From assembly GCA_000002435.2 (NCBI GenBank), contig CM018792.1: 64,000 nt of DNA; one strand, written 5' to 3'. A program made the position numbers and the translations under genes. Shown in pieces: positions 11,319 through 21,415 of this stretch (its first letter is position 1; each line of letters begins with the position of its first letter). Origin of the DNA: Giardia intestinalis. Its lineage: Eukaryota. The notes beneath the pieces were generated by a model, which was given only the letters and a program-made list of their open reading frames with translations, made no database searches and had not been told where the DNA came from.

Positions 11319-13748
11319 ATGTCCGTTGACGAGTTTTCTAGAGACTTTGAGATAATAGAAGATATTGTCAACCGCCCCAGTGAGCGTCTCCTGAAAGTGC
11401 GCGGCAAAACCTCTGGTGCATATTATGCATGCAGGCAAATAGACGTATCAAAGCTCAAACAAGAACAGCAGCAGATGCTTGAAGCTGAAATACACCTGTT
11501 TCAACAGCTAGATGGAAAATTAACCACTCGTTACCTCAGGGTGCTGCGCAACAATAAGCCTAGCGTTATCCATTTGATCATGGAATACTGTGACGACGGG
11601 ACATTAGAAGACTTGTTTGTAAGAACTCGGGAAAGAAGAATACCTTGTACAGAGGAAAAGACACGAGCTATTGGGTCTCAGATAGCACATGCTTTGAGCG
11701 CTCTCCGCTCCTCGGCCTGTGGACTTGATGGGGCTACCGTTATGGGCGCTCTTACGCCGAAATCTGTCCTCTTACTCAGCACAGGAAAGATCAGACTTAA
11801 AGGACTTTGCTCATGGCATTCATCGGGACAGATTTCTATATCAACTCGAGCAGACTACATGATATCGTATACTGCACCCGAGGTGTTTACTAGTAACATT
11901 TATAATGAGCAATCGGAGGTGTGGGCTCTAGGATGCATTCTGTATGAGGCCCTTGCAGCAAGGAGATGCTTCTCCGCAGAAACGGGAGCTATTCTGAGGC
12001 ATAACATAATTAACTGCAAATATGCTCCACTTCCTAGCAGCGTCAGCGAAGGAATGAAGCTGCTAATTTCAGAAATGCTCAAGCCCGATTATAATTCCCG
12101 TCCGACTTTACTAGATGTTAGGTTATCCCTTCAACTGCTTAGCAATGCAGAAAAGACGCATCATTGGGACCCCGATATCATAACAGAGATCGCTGGCCAT
12201 CCAACACCAGTTGCGGACTCAATCAAGAAGCTGGTAGGGATGGTTAGTGGAGATATTGTCACATTCCTGCAGAATCCAAGCAGTCCAGTAGTTTCTGCAT
12301 ATATACACACTGATCTAAAGACATCTAAAGCCTCGGGAAACGTGCATCTCGCTGGTAAGGTTGTTCTTACAAAGTCCACGTATGCGGATGGTGCGACTAA
12401 CTGTGCTATCGACAGATCCAGACTACCTACCAGCGCAAGCATAGTGTACACGAGATCAAGCAGCAAAGGTAAAACGAGTTCCATTGTACACACCCCATCC
12501 ATGTCGAAGATGGCTAATACCATACGTCATGGAGCCAGATCGCATAGTAGTTTTTCATCCTCTGCGCTTCAAACTCCCAATTTAACCTGCAAACACGTGG
12601 TATCAAGTTTCAGAAAGTCTATCGGCTCAAATGGTATATTAAACAATAACAGTACTTCTGTTTCAAATACAGACTCATTAAGAAAAAAGCATGCTTCCGA
12701 TTGCAACGTGGACATGAACTCTGATAGCTTGACCCTTAGCAACCTAAATACTGGGCAAGATTGCTTACAACAAAAGCCACAGTTCTTAGAGCGCAATGGT
12801 GGAGGTTCTTCTGTTAGATCCGCTAGTGTAAGATTGCCATCCATGTCAATGACAACGAAACCCGCAAATCTGCAACTAATGGCCCTACACAACGCAGTAG
12901 GAGGTTCGTTTAACGCCCTGAGCAGAGACGTGACATTCAGTAAAACGCAAAGCTCGACCACAGATGTGTGTGGTACAACTGATTTGATGATTGCAGCAGT
13001 GAAAGGGAATGCTTCTCTTGTTGAACGTTACCTTGATACGCAGTCGGGGATGAGAAATTGCAATGGTATGACAGCACTGATGCTCGCAGCAGAGCGAGAC
13101 CATGAGGCTGTAGTCTTACTCCTGCTCGCCACAGAGGGGCGCATGCATGTCTTACTTCCGGACGGGCGCAAGGGAAAGACAGCACTTATGTTTGCCGCCA
13201 TCAACAATCATACAAGTACTGTACAACGTCTTTTGGAGACTGAGGCTGGCCAGCAAGATGAAAATGGCAACACAGCCTTAATGCTTGCTGTGAAGCACCG
13301 GTTTACAGACGTAGTGAAACAGTTGGTGCAGTGGGAAGGAAAGATGGCAAATGAGAGAGGAGAAACCGCCCTTATGATGGCTGCAGCAACTGGAGACGTA
13401 ACTAGCGTAGGGTTATTGATAGACACGGAAGCTGGCTCAGTAACGACGTATGGCTGGACTGCGCTATGCTTTGCTGTCATGAACCATCATGCTTTGGCAG
13501 CCGAGGCTCTTGCTCAACGAGAACTTGGGTTGCAATGTTTTCAACATGGTTGTAGTGGTGTGACTGCGTTTATGATAGCCGCTGAGGCAGGATACGTAGA
13601 TATAGCATCATTGCTGGTAGAAAAGGAGGTATTTCTTCGAAACAAGAACGGCGAAAAAGCACTGGATATAGCCATTAAAGCAGGTCAGGCAGATATGATT
13701 GCCTTCTTAGAGAATGCAGAAAGACTCCTAGAAGCAGATATGTGCTGA
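11319..13748 (+). CDS. NEK-family kinase-like protein with C-terminal ankyrin repeats; predicted catalytically inactive pseudokinase
   Basis: NEK signature IHLIMEYCDDGTLEDL; activation-segment ISYTAPEVF; EVWALGCILYEAL. It lacks the VAIK lysine (YACRQI), the HRDLKPxN loop (ACGLDGATVMGALTPKSVLL) and DFG (RLKGLCSW). At least seven ankyrin repeats (GxTALMxAAxxGH-type: GMTALMLAAERDHEAVV, KTALMFAAINNHTSTVQ, GNTALMLAVKHRFTDVV, GETALMMAAATGDVTSV...). ATG at 11319. Confidence 0.75.
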   Translation: MSVDEFSRDFEIIEDIVNRPSERLLKVRGKTSGAYYACRQIDVSKLKQEQQQMLEAEIHLFQQLDGKLTTRYLRVLRNNKPSVIHLIMEYCDDGTLEDLFVRTRERRIPCTEEKTRAIGSQIAHALSALRSSACGLDGATVMGALTPKSVLLLSTGKIRLKGLCSWHSSGQISISTRADYMISYTAPEVFTSNIYNEQSEVWALGCILYEALAARRCFSAETGAILRHNIINCKYAPLPSSVSEGMKLLISEMLKPDYNSRPTLLDVRLSLQLLSNAEKTHHWDPDIITEIAGHPTPVADSIKKLVGMVSGDIVTFLQNPSSPVVSAYIHTDLKTSKASGNVHLAGKVVLTKSTYADGATNCAIDRSRLPTSASIVYTRSSSKGKTSSIVHTPSMSKMANTIRHGARSHSSFSSSALQTPNLTCKHVVSSFRKSIGSNGILNNNSTSVSNTDSLRKKHASDCNVDMNSDSLTLSNLNTGQDCLQQKPQFLERNGGGSSVRSASVRLPSMSMTTKPANLQLMALHNAVGGSFNALSRDVTFSKTQSSTTDVCGTTDLMIAAVKGNASLVERYLDTQSGMRNCNGMTALMLAAERDHEAVVLLLLATEGRMHVLLPDGRKGKTALMFAAINNHTSTVQRLLETEAGQQDENGNTALMLAVKHRFTDVVKQLVQWEGKMANERGETALMMAAATGDVTSVGLLIDTEAGSVTTYGWTALCFAVMNHHALAAEALAQRELGLQCFQHGCSGVTAFMIAAEAGYVDIASLLVEKEVFLRNKNGEKALDIAIKAGQADMIAFLENAERLLEADMC

Positions 13749-13759
13749 TATCAAGTATC

Positions 13760-14623
13760 CTATAACCAATCAAGAGCTAGTGAAGACGACTCTTCGATTG
13801 AGGTTCCTCTTGAGCTTCCATATCTAAAGTAATTCAAAAGAGCAGATGCGCTTAAGCACTCTGCACTTTTGGGGTCTTTAACAAGTTTAAATTGCTCTAC
13901 AGCAGCTTCTGCCGCCTTTGCGCCGAGGGCTTGTCTGTTGCTTTCCTTATATAGTAGTGCTAAGCGGTAAAGGACTCGAGCTTGTGCTAATCCATAAACA
14001 GTCGGTTTCTTTTGAACTAAGTGCTGATACACTTGTAGGGCAGTCTTTAGGTGTTGCTCTGCTGGCTCGATCATGCGCATGGACAGGAGCAGTGATCCCA
14101 AATTATAGCTGGACTTTCCACAGGCATCACTATATGGATCTGTGCTCTTTCGCACTTTAACTGCACGCTCATAATAATCCTTTGCCGTCTTGTTGTCAAC
14201 TTGCATGTCTGCTGCATACCCCATTAGATGGTAGATGCTCCCTTGAAGAACGGCAGACGACTTCCCAGACAGATCTTTGTCTACAATGTTCTTGGCACGC
14301 TGGGCATAAGTAAGCGCCTTCACAGGATCAGATTGAGCCATGTATGCAATCCCCATATTGATGTAAACGGTTGCTAGAAAAGGAGACGTTGGACCATAGG
14401 CCTCCCGAAGGATTTGTTCTGCAGATTGGTAAGAGGTCATGCAACTATGGTAGGATTGGCAGCGCAACTGAGAAGAGCCAAGAAGTGTAAAGAACCTCGC
14501 CAAGACCAAAGGAGGGCATTGCTGATTCTGTAGAGAGTGACTGATGAGCTTAGATATCAATGCTTCTGCCTGGCGATAATCTCCTGCAGAATAGATTTCG
14601 AAACACTGTTCAAAAAGGTCCAT
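13760..14623 (-). CDS. TPR-like helical repeat protein (287 aa)
   Basis: ATG at 14621-14623 (cat). Repeated about 34-aa units rich in A/L/Y with the pattern ...A..Y...G.AY.....KA...YQRA... (e.g. VYINMGIAYMAQSDPVKALTYAQRAKNI, IYHLMGYAADMQVDNKTAKDYYERAVKV). It converges on the kinase-like gene with an 11-bp gap. Confidence 0.5.
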   Translation of the reverse strand: MDLFEQCFEIYSAGDYRQAEALISKLISHSLQNQQCPPLVLARFFTLLGSSQLRCQSYHSCMTSYQSAEQILREAYGPTSPFLATVYINMGIAYMAQSDPVKALTYAQRAKNIVDKDLSGKSSAVLQGSIYHLMGYAADMQVDNKTAKDYYERAVKVRKSTDPYSDACGKSSYNLGSLLLSMRMIEPAEQHLKTALQVYQHLVQKKPTVYGLAQARVLYRLALLYKESNRQALGAKAAEAAVEQFKLVKDPKSAECLSASALLNYFRYGSSRGTSIEESSSLALDWL

Positions 14624-17600
14624 ACAGTGGCGTGCAGTCCCGCAAAAATGGGAATTTTATATCCTCCGTGCCTCTTTCTTTTAATAAAACGCACACTCCA
14701 GGAAAGCAGTATAGTCAATTAGACGCAGAGCAATCGTTTAGCGAAGCGGTTTCCAATAACTGGCGGCGGAGCATGTTATCTACGAGCCTCTCAACTCCGT
14801 CGCTCGATTTGAACCGCGCTCCAGTCGGCCACGGGCAACGCGTCCTTATGCATAACCCAAATGAGTCGTACATTGAGCAGCACGAGAAAAAGCTTGAAAT
14901 GATGGGTGCCTCTGCTAAGGAGGTGCTTGCTCAGGCCACTCAGAGCATTAGCGATCATTTGTCGTCCATTATGAGCGCAGCTCTTCTGCAGCTGAAGTCC
15001 GACATAGCTAATCGGAAAATGTATGTCATGTTTGAGGAACTTCTTCACTGTGATGTCCGAACCGACCACACGCAGGCCCGGTCTGTCTTGCCTATCTTCG
15101 AGCCATTCATCGATAAGGCTGAATCCTTTTTGCAATCTTCGTTTTACCACTTCATTAAAAAAGAAGTTGAGTATTGTGTCGTGGATTGTATTTCAAAACA
15201 CATTCAGGAACATGAAAGCGATATGTCAAAGATTTTTGATCTCACGGTAGCCTTTGCACAATCACAGTTAATGAACAACATAAACGAATTAGCCAAAAAG
15301 TCTGTGGTCGACGCTAAATTGGCAGAGAAGACTAACTTTTTAACAGAGATTGTACGACTGAAGGAGATGCTCTTTCAGAAACAAAAGATTGGAGATATGT
15401 ATCTGGCAGAAACAGAGAAGTCTAAGAGGCTCTTGTTGAAGCTCATGCGTAGTGATTATGTTGAGTATGGGCAAACCTTGCATCTCAAAGACATACTACT
15501 TAGAGGCTCCGAGAAAAAGAGGGAGATAGAGGAGGCTGTATCCGCCATAGAGCTTGAGAAAACGGCCAAGGAAAGTCAGCAGCGATTGCAAATGTTGGCC
15601 GGGAATGACACTCTCTCCTCTCCTAGTAGCTCAGATGACCTCCATTGTGACGATCTAGATATCCGACAGACTCGTGGACAGCTCATGGATAAGCTTCAGC
15701 GGCGTAATGCCTACATCACGCAGCTAGAAGATTCGATGAAGATGCTTGAGTTCCTTAAGCAGGACCTGTCTAGTAAGACGAAAGAGCTCAATATGGCCCA
15801 TGAAGCCACGTTCAAGGCCAATTATAGAAAGGAAGAGCTGGAAAAATACCTCTACAAACTGACAGGTGTCGATATGCGCTCACCTCAGCGACAGAAAAAC
15901 AAGCCATACACAGAAGCTGATTTTGCAGAATTATCGGACAATTCACTACTTCAAAGCTTCTTATCTGGCGAGGCGCGGTCAGCTACGCCAGACAAGGTCA
16001 ACACTCAACCACTATCGGGCCAGACCCCGACCAATCTTTTTACTAAACGTTCAATATTTGAGCCAAAAGATCTGTTAATTGATAAGCTAAACGGTGATAT
16101 AAAGATTTTAGAATCTATGCTGAGCGGAGACAAGGAGGCCGTGTACGCTGAATTGCGCCGCTATCGCGCTAATGAGCTTCAACATAGACGCAAGATACTA
16201 ACGTACAAACGCTTCTTGGAATTTGATCACGGAAAGAGAGGCAGAGAACATCCTATGACCGGTTTTGAAACGCGAGCAACACCTTTGGCCATTGACAAGC
16301 AACTAGACATGCTCTACTGGATAAGGAAGGCACTGTTAAAAACATTTGGAATAAAAATAAAAGACTCAGACAGTGAACAGACGATATTAAAGCGTCTTGA
16401 CAGAACAATAGCTGAAAACTACATCAATCCGGAGCCGCAGGAGTTCAATAGTTCATTTGACAGTGATGGATCCATAGACTGGGAGGGGGATATTGCTGCA
16501 GAGAAGCGGCTCCAGCTCAATCCCTTACTTGATCCCAGTATGTACAGCAAAGGAAGCACTGCTTCTAGAAGTGCTTCAATGCGGACTCCTGGTCGTGGAT
16601 GGATGCCTAACCTTAATAGTATGTCTAACAGGTCAACTGTACATCGGAACTCAACACTAGCAGATCCTTCTCAACCAGACTTGCATGATACTCCAATTCG
16701 CTTTCAATCTACGTCTTATGGTCCGGACACTATGCAGAATGGAGGCGGATACTATGACGAGTTTGGCAATTTCCTTGGTACAGACATCTTTTGTCCCCAT
16801 TGTGGCAAATATGTGGACGCTACGGCCATTACATACAGTATAGATGATGGAGAGGAGGCAGAAGTGGACGAGAATGAGCATATGAACCTTGCTTCTGCAG
16901 CGCATAAAGGCAGCACTGACAAGCGATCCAGTGTCCAGGGTGAAACACCTTTTGTTACCCCTTCGGGTTCGAGAAAGCGTAGTATTTATGACAAAACAAC
17001 CAGCTTTACAGATAAGTCTCGCCGCAATTCCTCTCAGCATGCGCCGCATGGCCGCACCTTCAAAGGTTATATTCGCGATCCATCTATTGGTTCTCCTTCA
17101 CCAGCAATTTCAATGCGTGTGCGCTTCGGTGACAATTTAGCCTCTACTATCTCGATGGATCCCCTGACAATACCGCAACTGAAGTCGTCTCAACCACAGA
17201 TGAACATAGTCTTGGCCCCAGACGTCACGCAAATCTATACCCATCTATCCACCTCTGATAGGCAGCAGTTTGAGCACGCCTTATTCAAGCAGAATATAGC
17301 CAGGAAGGGCAATCCGAACCTTTGCCAGGAAATAGACAAAGACCTGACACCACTCTTGGTGTCGTCTCTTGCACCGCGGGAAGTAGATAGGATCCTTTCC
17401 ATTCCCTGTGCTGACCCAGATACGCCTACCAGATTCAAGTATGATAGTAGCCTTGATGATTCATTTATTAATTACATAGAGTATTCAGATAATTCTATAC
17501 ACGATTTAGAGTTTTCAGATGCCCACGATCCAGACCTATTCAATTATCTATACAATCAGAGTGCTAAAGTGATAAGCGATAAGGTCACGGTTCAAGTGGG

Positions 17601-20600
17601 TGACGATATTGCTAAGTCGTGCAAACAATCAGAAGTTGCTGTTCCAATTATTACTGAGGGCAACAAGGACGAAGCCTTCACACCACTAAGTCTCAGAAAT
17701 AGCACTGCCTCCGATGGATTTATTGCCATGAGTGGGAATTCTCATCACATTCCTATCTACAATCCTGCAGAGCTATTTAATACCCTATTATTGACAGATT
17801 CGTTTAGAGCATTCATTGAGTCGCGTAGCTTGGATCCACGGGTTGTTTGCGCTAAGGATGTACAAGCCTATATAGCGGCTAAAAGAATCCTTGATGTAAC
17901 TTCTTTCTACACGTCTTACTGCAAGGATACTCAAGCGATTGCTGACTTCGCCATTCTTCCTGAGCTTTCCGAAGAGCCTCAAGAGCTTGATCTGAGCTTC
18001 TCCTCAGATGAGTTTTATGTTGACATTTCCACACACCCTGATGGAGGTACAGAGGGTTGCTTTTTAGTTTCAAGGAAAACTAACACATATGAGCAGCATC
18101 AAGACACCGTCGTAATGCGGCAGCTGAAGCGCCCTTTCTCACATGCCGGGCATATCCACACGAGAGCTTCTGATGTTGAGGAGGTATGTCTTGATCCCTT
18201 ATCTCCAATGCAGAATAAGCCTAACCTGGAACCTCGTCCATCCTCCAGTCCTTGCTGTGGCTATGTTACAGTTAACGGTATAGATTTACAGCTCTCAAGG
18301 TCTAAAACCCAAATCGTTGATGAACAGCCTACATACACAGCATCTAGTCATGAATATTCTATTCGAAGCAGAGAGATTTTGAAGCGATATTTACCAATGA
18401 TTTATGAAGCTAACAACGGAGAGCCATCGTCTCTGAATACTGCTTCGTACAATGGTAATGGTATCATGAATAACATTAAGGTTCGGCCACTGTGCAAGAA
18501 TGTGGTGCAAGTCATTTCACGCGATCGTGCTGAAAGATTCCAAGAGTATCTTTTAAATGAAGTTAAAGAGTTTAAGCTCAACAGAGCAGTTAGGCTCTTC
18601 ATTCAGGAGCAGGTTCTGGAGCATCTTGTGTCCCTTAAGAGAGATCTTCAAAGAAGTCGCACAAGAGAACGCCTCATGCGAAACAAACGTCGAGTGTTGG
18701 CGGCAAAGAAGGCACTATTCGTTAAATACCTACAGAAAAATGGTCCAGGCAATCTTATTAGCTCCCTGGACACGTTAGAAAGTTATGCATCTCGTCTCAA
18801 GGAAAAAGTTGAATATGTTCCTGTATCAGTAGCAGCTAGCTGCACAGATGGCTGGATTGTTAATTTGGACATGTCAACCCTGATTAATAGAGCAGAGCCC
18901 GGTTCTGTGTGTGCATCAAGGGGAGCCTCAGAAGATCGCAAGTCAAGAACCAATGAACTGAGCTATCTGGTCAATCTAGTGGGCCCAGACCAATCTGTTT
19001 GCTCCACCGAACAGCCGCAACCTGCTGTAGGCACAGAGCAGCAAGATGACATCAATGTAGATAAGAGAATTGCAGTTGAAAAGGAGCTTGAAGATCTAGA
19101 CAAGACTGCTACTCTCGCACACCAGCTTTTAGAGCAAATCAAAACAGAAATACAGAAGGCTGTCAATCTGATTAATAAGGGAATTCAATCGCCCCAAGGG
19201 CTTGTTGATGAGGAAGATTTCGACAAATATGCTTCAGAACGGACGCGAAAGAAGGAGGAGGTAGCAATTGAAATAGCAAACACTCTTCTTAAGAAGAGTG
19301 GCCTTACAGCCAACGGCTTTCTCTTTACAAATTTGCCACTGAAGCCAGCAGATATACGGAACATAGATGACGTATACCAGCGTCTTTACGACGAGGCTGC
19401 AATTATAAACGAGAAGATGAATAGTCGACGGATCCAATGTATGCAAAAGCTGAGTGACCACTATAGTAGACTTCATGACTCTATTACGCGTCCTTCAGAG
19501 ATAACTGAATTTTTACGAATAAAATACTATGGCCGTGAAGAACCTGTCTCACGATATAACTACCACCATCACGGCATGTTTATGAATTCTCTGAATAAGT
19601 CCCTCCACGGTCTAACGATTTCCAAGCGTCCTCTCAATGGTGGGTTGACAACCAGCGAGCTTGAATTGCTTGAGCGTACAAATGTCCTTGAAAGAGGAAT
19701 ACAAATTAATGAAAAAACTTCCAATATAATCAACGTTATTTTTGGCAATCTTTATAGATCAAAGTCGACCGGAAATCGTGACCCTGAGACAGGTCAAAAG
19801 AGTCTCATGATGGGACCCGGCAAGTTCATTAGTTGGCAAGAAGCAAACGCAGAGCTGCAGGAAATCATTAATATAAATAATAGGTATTCCTTGAGTGCTC
19901 GGGGCTATCACTCCATGGAGCTAGTGACACCAGCCAATTTAGGCACCATAGGCCGCAGTGCCATTGAGCTTCCGCCTAATTTAACAGATGAGCAACTACA
20001 ACAGATTGCCACTGAGGGAAATTGCTGCCTTGTTGCTGATGTGGATGCAAATCAAGATTCTAAACTGGATGGAGCACATGAAATGTGCTCAACTTGCGAT
20101 GCTGATCCGCCTACGGCCATGCCTCTCAACAGTTCATTAATTAACGAGACCAATAGCTCTCAACATAAATCGCATTCTGGCCCTACTCAGGACTACGGGT
20201 CCAGCATTAACAACTTATCAACACTTTACGAAAAGGATGACTCTGCTCGAGCTAGTAACACCAACAATAACTCTGAAAGTCGTCCTGCTTCCAGCTCTCT
20301 GTTCACCGCCATAACTCCTTTAACTTCTACTGTTGAGTGTCTTGACCAAACAGCACAATATGCAGACCTCTCTAATCTTCCTACTACACGATCTATAGAC
20401 AAGTTGCTGCCATCTTCCTTCTCAACCCCGGTGCAGCGGCAGCTGATTACACAGAGGGTCAACTTAACCCCTACCCTTGAGACTACGCCAGTAATCCCAC
20501 TTGACACACCAAAAAAGGGAAAAAGCCAAGGCCTTTCGTCCAGAAAAATTATTCAAGCTATTCAAGCCAACATCAAGCCACCGTCTACCAACAGGGATGG

Positions 20601-21171
20601 TTATGAGAGGAGTAGGGAGCTAGACAGGCGAAAAGACATTTCGGGAATGAAGTTTATGATTAACACAGTCTCATTAGATCGGGTGGTTCCTTCCAAGACC
20701 AGCAGTCGGCCTACACCTTCTGCCGTGTTCCAAAGATCTGCATCATCCAGAGCTAACGCCCAGAATAACTCCCAAGTCAATGCGCAAACCACTATCCGAA
20801 CAAACTCATCTTATCAGACCCCACTTCCATCACTGGTGACGCCCACTACTCTGCAAGATACTACAGCTCCTGTGGTTGCTCTGAGTGCAAACTCTACAGA
20901 GAGCCGTATAAGCAACAGACCTCACTCATCTATCGGCAAATCTACGATACATGAAGAGCTTGTACCGCTAAACCGGATTACACGGTCACAGAGCACTACA
21001 GAGAAGTCATTGGAATTATCAGATCTTCAACCTCCCTCCTGTCTACCGTCTATAGGCTCTCATCGAGGTACTCGTAATGCTGCTACATCGGATCCACAAA
21101 GGGGGTCGGGACACACATCTAACGATCTAGGAAACGCCTTCGAGCGTGTAGAATTGGGAGGGCTTGTATAG
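14560..21171 (+). CDS. Very large low-complexity hypothetical protein (up to 2203 aa). The true start may be a downstream ATG (about 14773), because the first 64 nt overlap the divergent TPR gene
   Basis: 6.6 kb uninterrupted ORF. It has a coiled-coil segment near aa 230-420 and is otherwise Ser/Thr/Asn/Pro-rich. No recognisable catalytic motif. Confidence 0.6.
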   Translation: MLLPGDNLLQNRFRNTVQKGPYSGVQSRKNGNFISSVPLSFNKTHTPGKQYSQLDAEQSFSEAVSNNWRRSMLSTSLSTPSLDLNRAPVGHGQRVLMHNPNESYIEQHEKKLEMMGASAKEVLAQATQSISDHLSSIMSAALLQLKSDIANRKMYVMFEELLHCDVRTDHTQARSVLPIFEPFIDKAESFLQSSFYHFIKKEVEYCVVDCISKHIQEHESDMSKIFDLTVAFAQSQLMNNINELAKKSVVDAKLAEKTNFLTEIVRLKEMLFQKQKIGDMYLAETEKSKRLLLKLMRSDYVEYGQTLHLKDILLRGSEKKREIEEAVSAIELEKTAKESQQRLQMLAGNDTLSSPSSSDDLHCDDLDIRQTRGQLMDKLQRRNAYITQLEDSMKMLEFLKQDLSSKTKELNMAHEATFKANYRKEELEKYLYKLTGVDMRSPQRQKNKPYTEADFAELSDNSLLQSFLSGEARSATPDKVNTQPLSGQTPTNLFTKRSIFEPKDLLIDKLNGDIKILESMLSGDKEAVYAELRRYRANELQHRRKILTYKRFLEFDHGKRGREHPMTGFETRATPLAIDKQLDMLYWIRKALLKTFGIKIKDSDSEQTILKRLDRTIAENYINPEPQEFNSSFDSDGSIDWEGDIAAEKRLQLNPLLDPSMYSKGSTASRSASMRTPGRGWMPNLNSMSNRSTVHRNSTLADPSQPDLHDTPIRFQSTSYGPDTMQNGGGYYDEFGNFLGTDIFCPHCGKYVDATAITYSIDDGEEAEVDENEHMNLASAAHKGSTDKRSSVQGETPFVTPSGSRKRSIYDKTTSFTDKSRRNSSQHAPHGRTFKGYIRDPSIGSPSPAISMRVRFGDNLASTISMDPLTIPQLKSSQPQMNIVLAPDVTQIYTHLSTSDRQQFEHALFKQNIARKGNPNLCQEIDKDLTPLLVSSLAPREVDRILSIPCADPDTPTRFKYDSSLDDSFINYIEYSDNSIHDLEFSDAHDPDLFNYLYNQSAKVISDKVTVQVGDDIAKSCKQSEVAVPIITEGNKDEAFTPLSLRNSTASDGFIAMSGNSHHIPIYNPAELFNTLLLTDSFRAFIESRSLDPRVVCAKDVQAYIAAKRILDVTSFYTSYCKDTQAIADFAILPELSEEPQELDLSFSSDEFYVDISTHPDGGTEGCFLVSRKTNTYEQHQDTVVMRQLKRPFSHAGHIHTRASDVEEVCLDPLSPMQNKPNLEPRPSSSPCCGYVTVNGIDLQLSRSKTQIVDEQPTYTASSHEYSIRSREILKRYLPMIYEANNGEPSSLNTASYNGNGIMNNIKVRPLCKNVVQVISRDRAERFQEYLLNEVKEFKLNRAVRLFIQEQVLEHLVSLKRDLQRSRTRERLMRNKRRVLAAKKALFVKYLQKNGPGNLISSLDTLESYASRLKEKVEYVPVSVAASCTDGWIVNLDMSTLINRAEPGSVCASRGASEDRKSRTNELSYLVNLVGPDQSVCSTEQPQPAVGTEQQDDINVDKRIAVEKELEDLDKTATLAHQLLEQIKTEIQKAVNLINKGIQSPQGLVDEEDFDKYASERTRKKEEVAIEIANTLLKKSGLTANGFLFTNLPLKPADIRNIDDVYQRLYDEAAIINEKMNSRRIQCMQKLSDHYSRLHDSITRPSEITEFLRIKYYGREEPVSRYNYHHHGMFMNSLNKSLHGLTISKRPLNGGLTTSELELLERTNVLERGIQINEKTSNIINVIFGNLYRSKSTGNRDPETGQKSLMMGPGKFISWQEANAELQEIININNRYSLSARGYHSMELVTPANLGTIGRSAIELPPNLTDEQLQQIATEGNCCLVADVDANQDSKLDGAHEMCSTCDADPPTAMPLNSSLINETNSSQHKSHSGPTQDYGSSINNLSTLYEKDDSARASNTNNNSESRPASSSLFTAITPLTSTVECLDQTAQYADLSNLPTTRSIDKLLPSSFSTPVQRQLITQRVNLTPTLETTPVIPLDTPKKGKSQGLSSRKIIQAIQANIKPPSTNRDGYERSRELDRRKDISGMKFMINTVSLDRVVPSKTSSRPTPSAVFQRSASSRANAQNNSQVNAQTTIRTNSSYQTPLPSLVTPTTLQDTTAPVVALSANSTESRISNRPHSSIGKSTIHEELVPLNRITRSQSTTEKSLELSDLQPPSCLPSIGSHRGTRNAATSDPQRGSGHTSNDLGNAFERVELGGLV

Positions 21172-21415
21172 CTCTACGGCCACAGCTAAAAACAAATGTA
21201 CTTAACAGTGGCGTTCGCTCTTGAACTCTTCCTATTGATCTTTCTCCTTGGTGTGTCTATGTCCTTGTTCCGGTCTGTGCTTGTGACTCTAGTAGCGACA
21301 ATTATAGGTGAAGGAGTAATGCACACAGTTGCTATATTATTTATTATTCCGAAACCGGCGTGTGAGCCTGTATCAACGCGCCCTATGGACCAATTAGCAT
21401 CTTACATGGCCTTCC

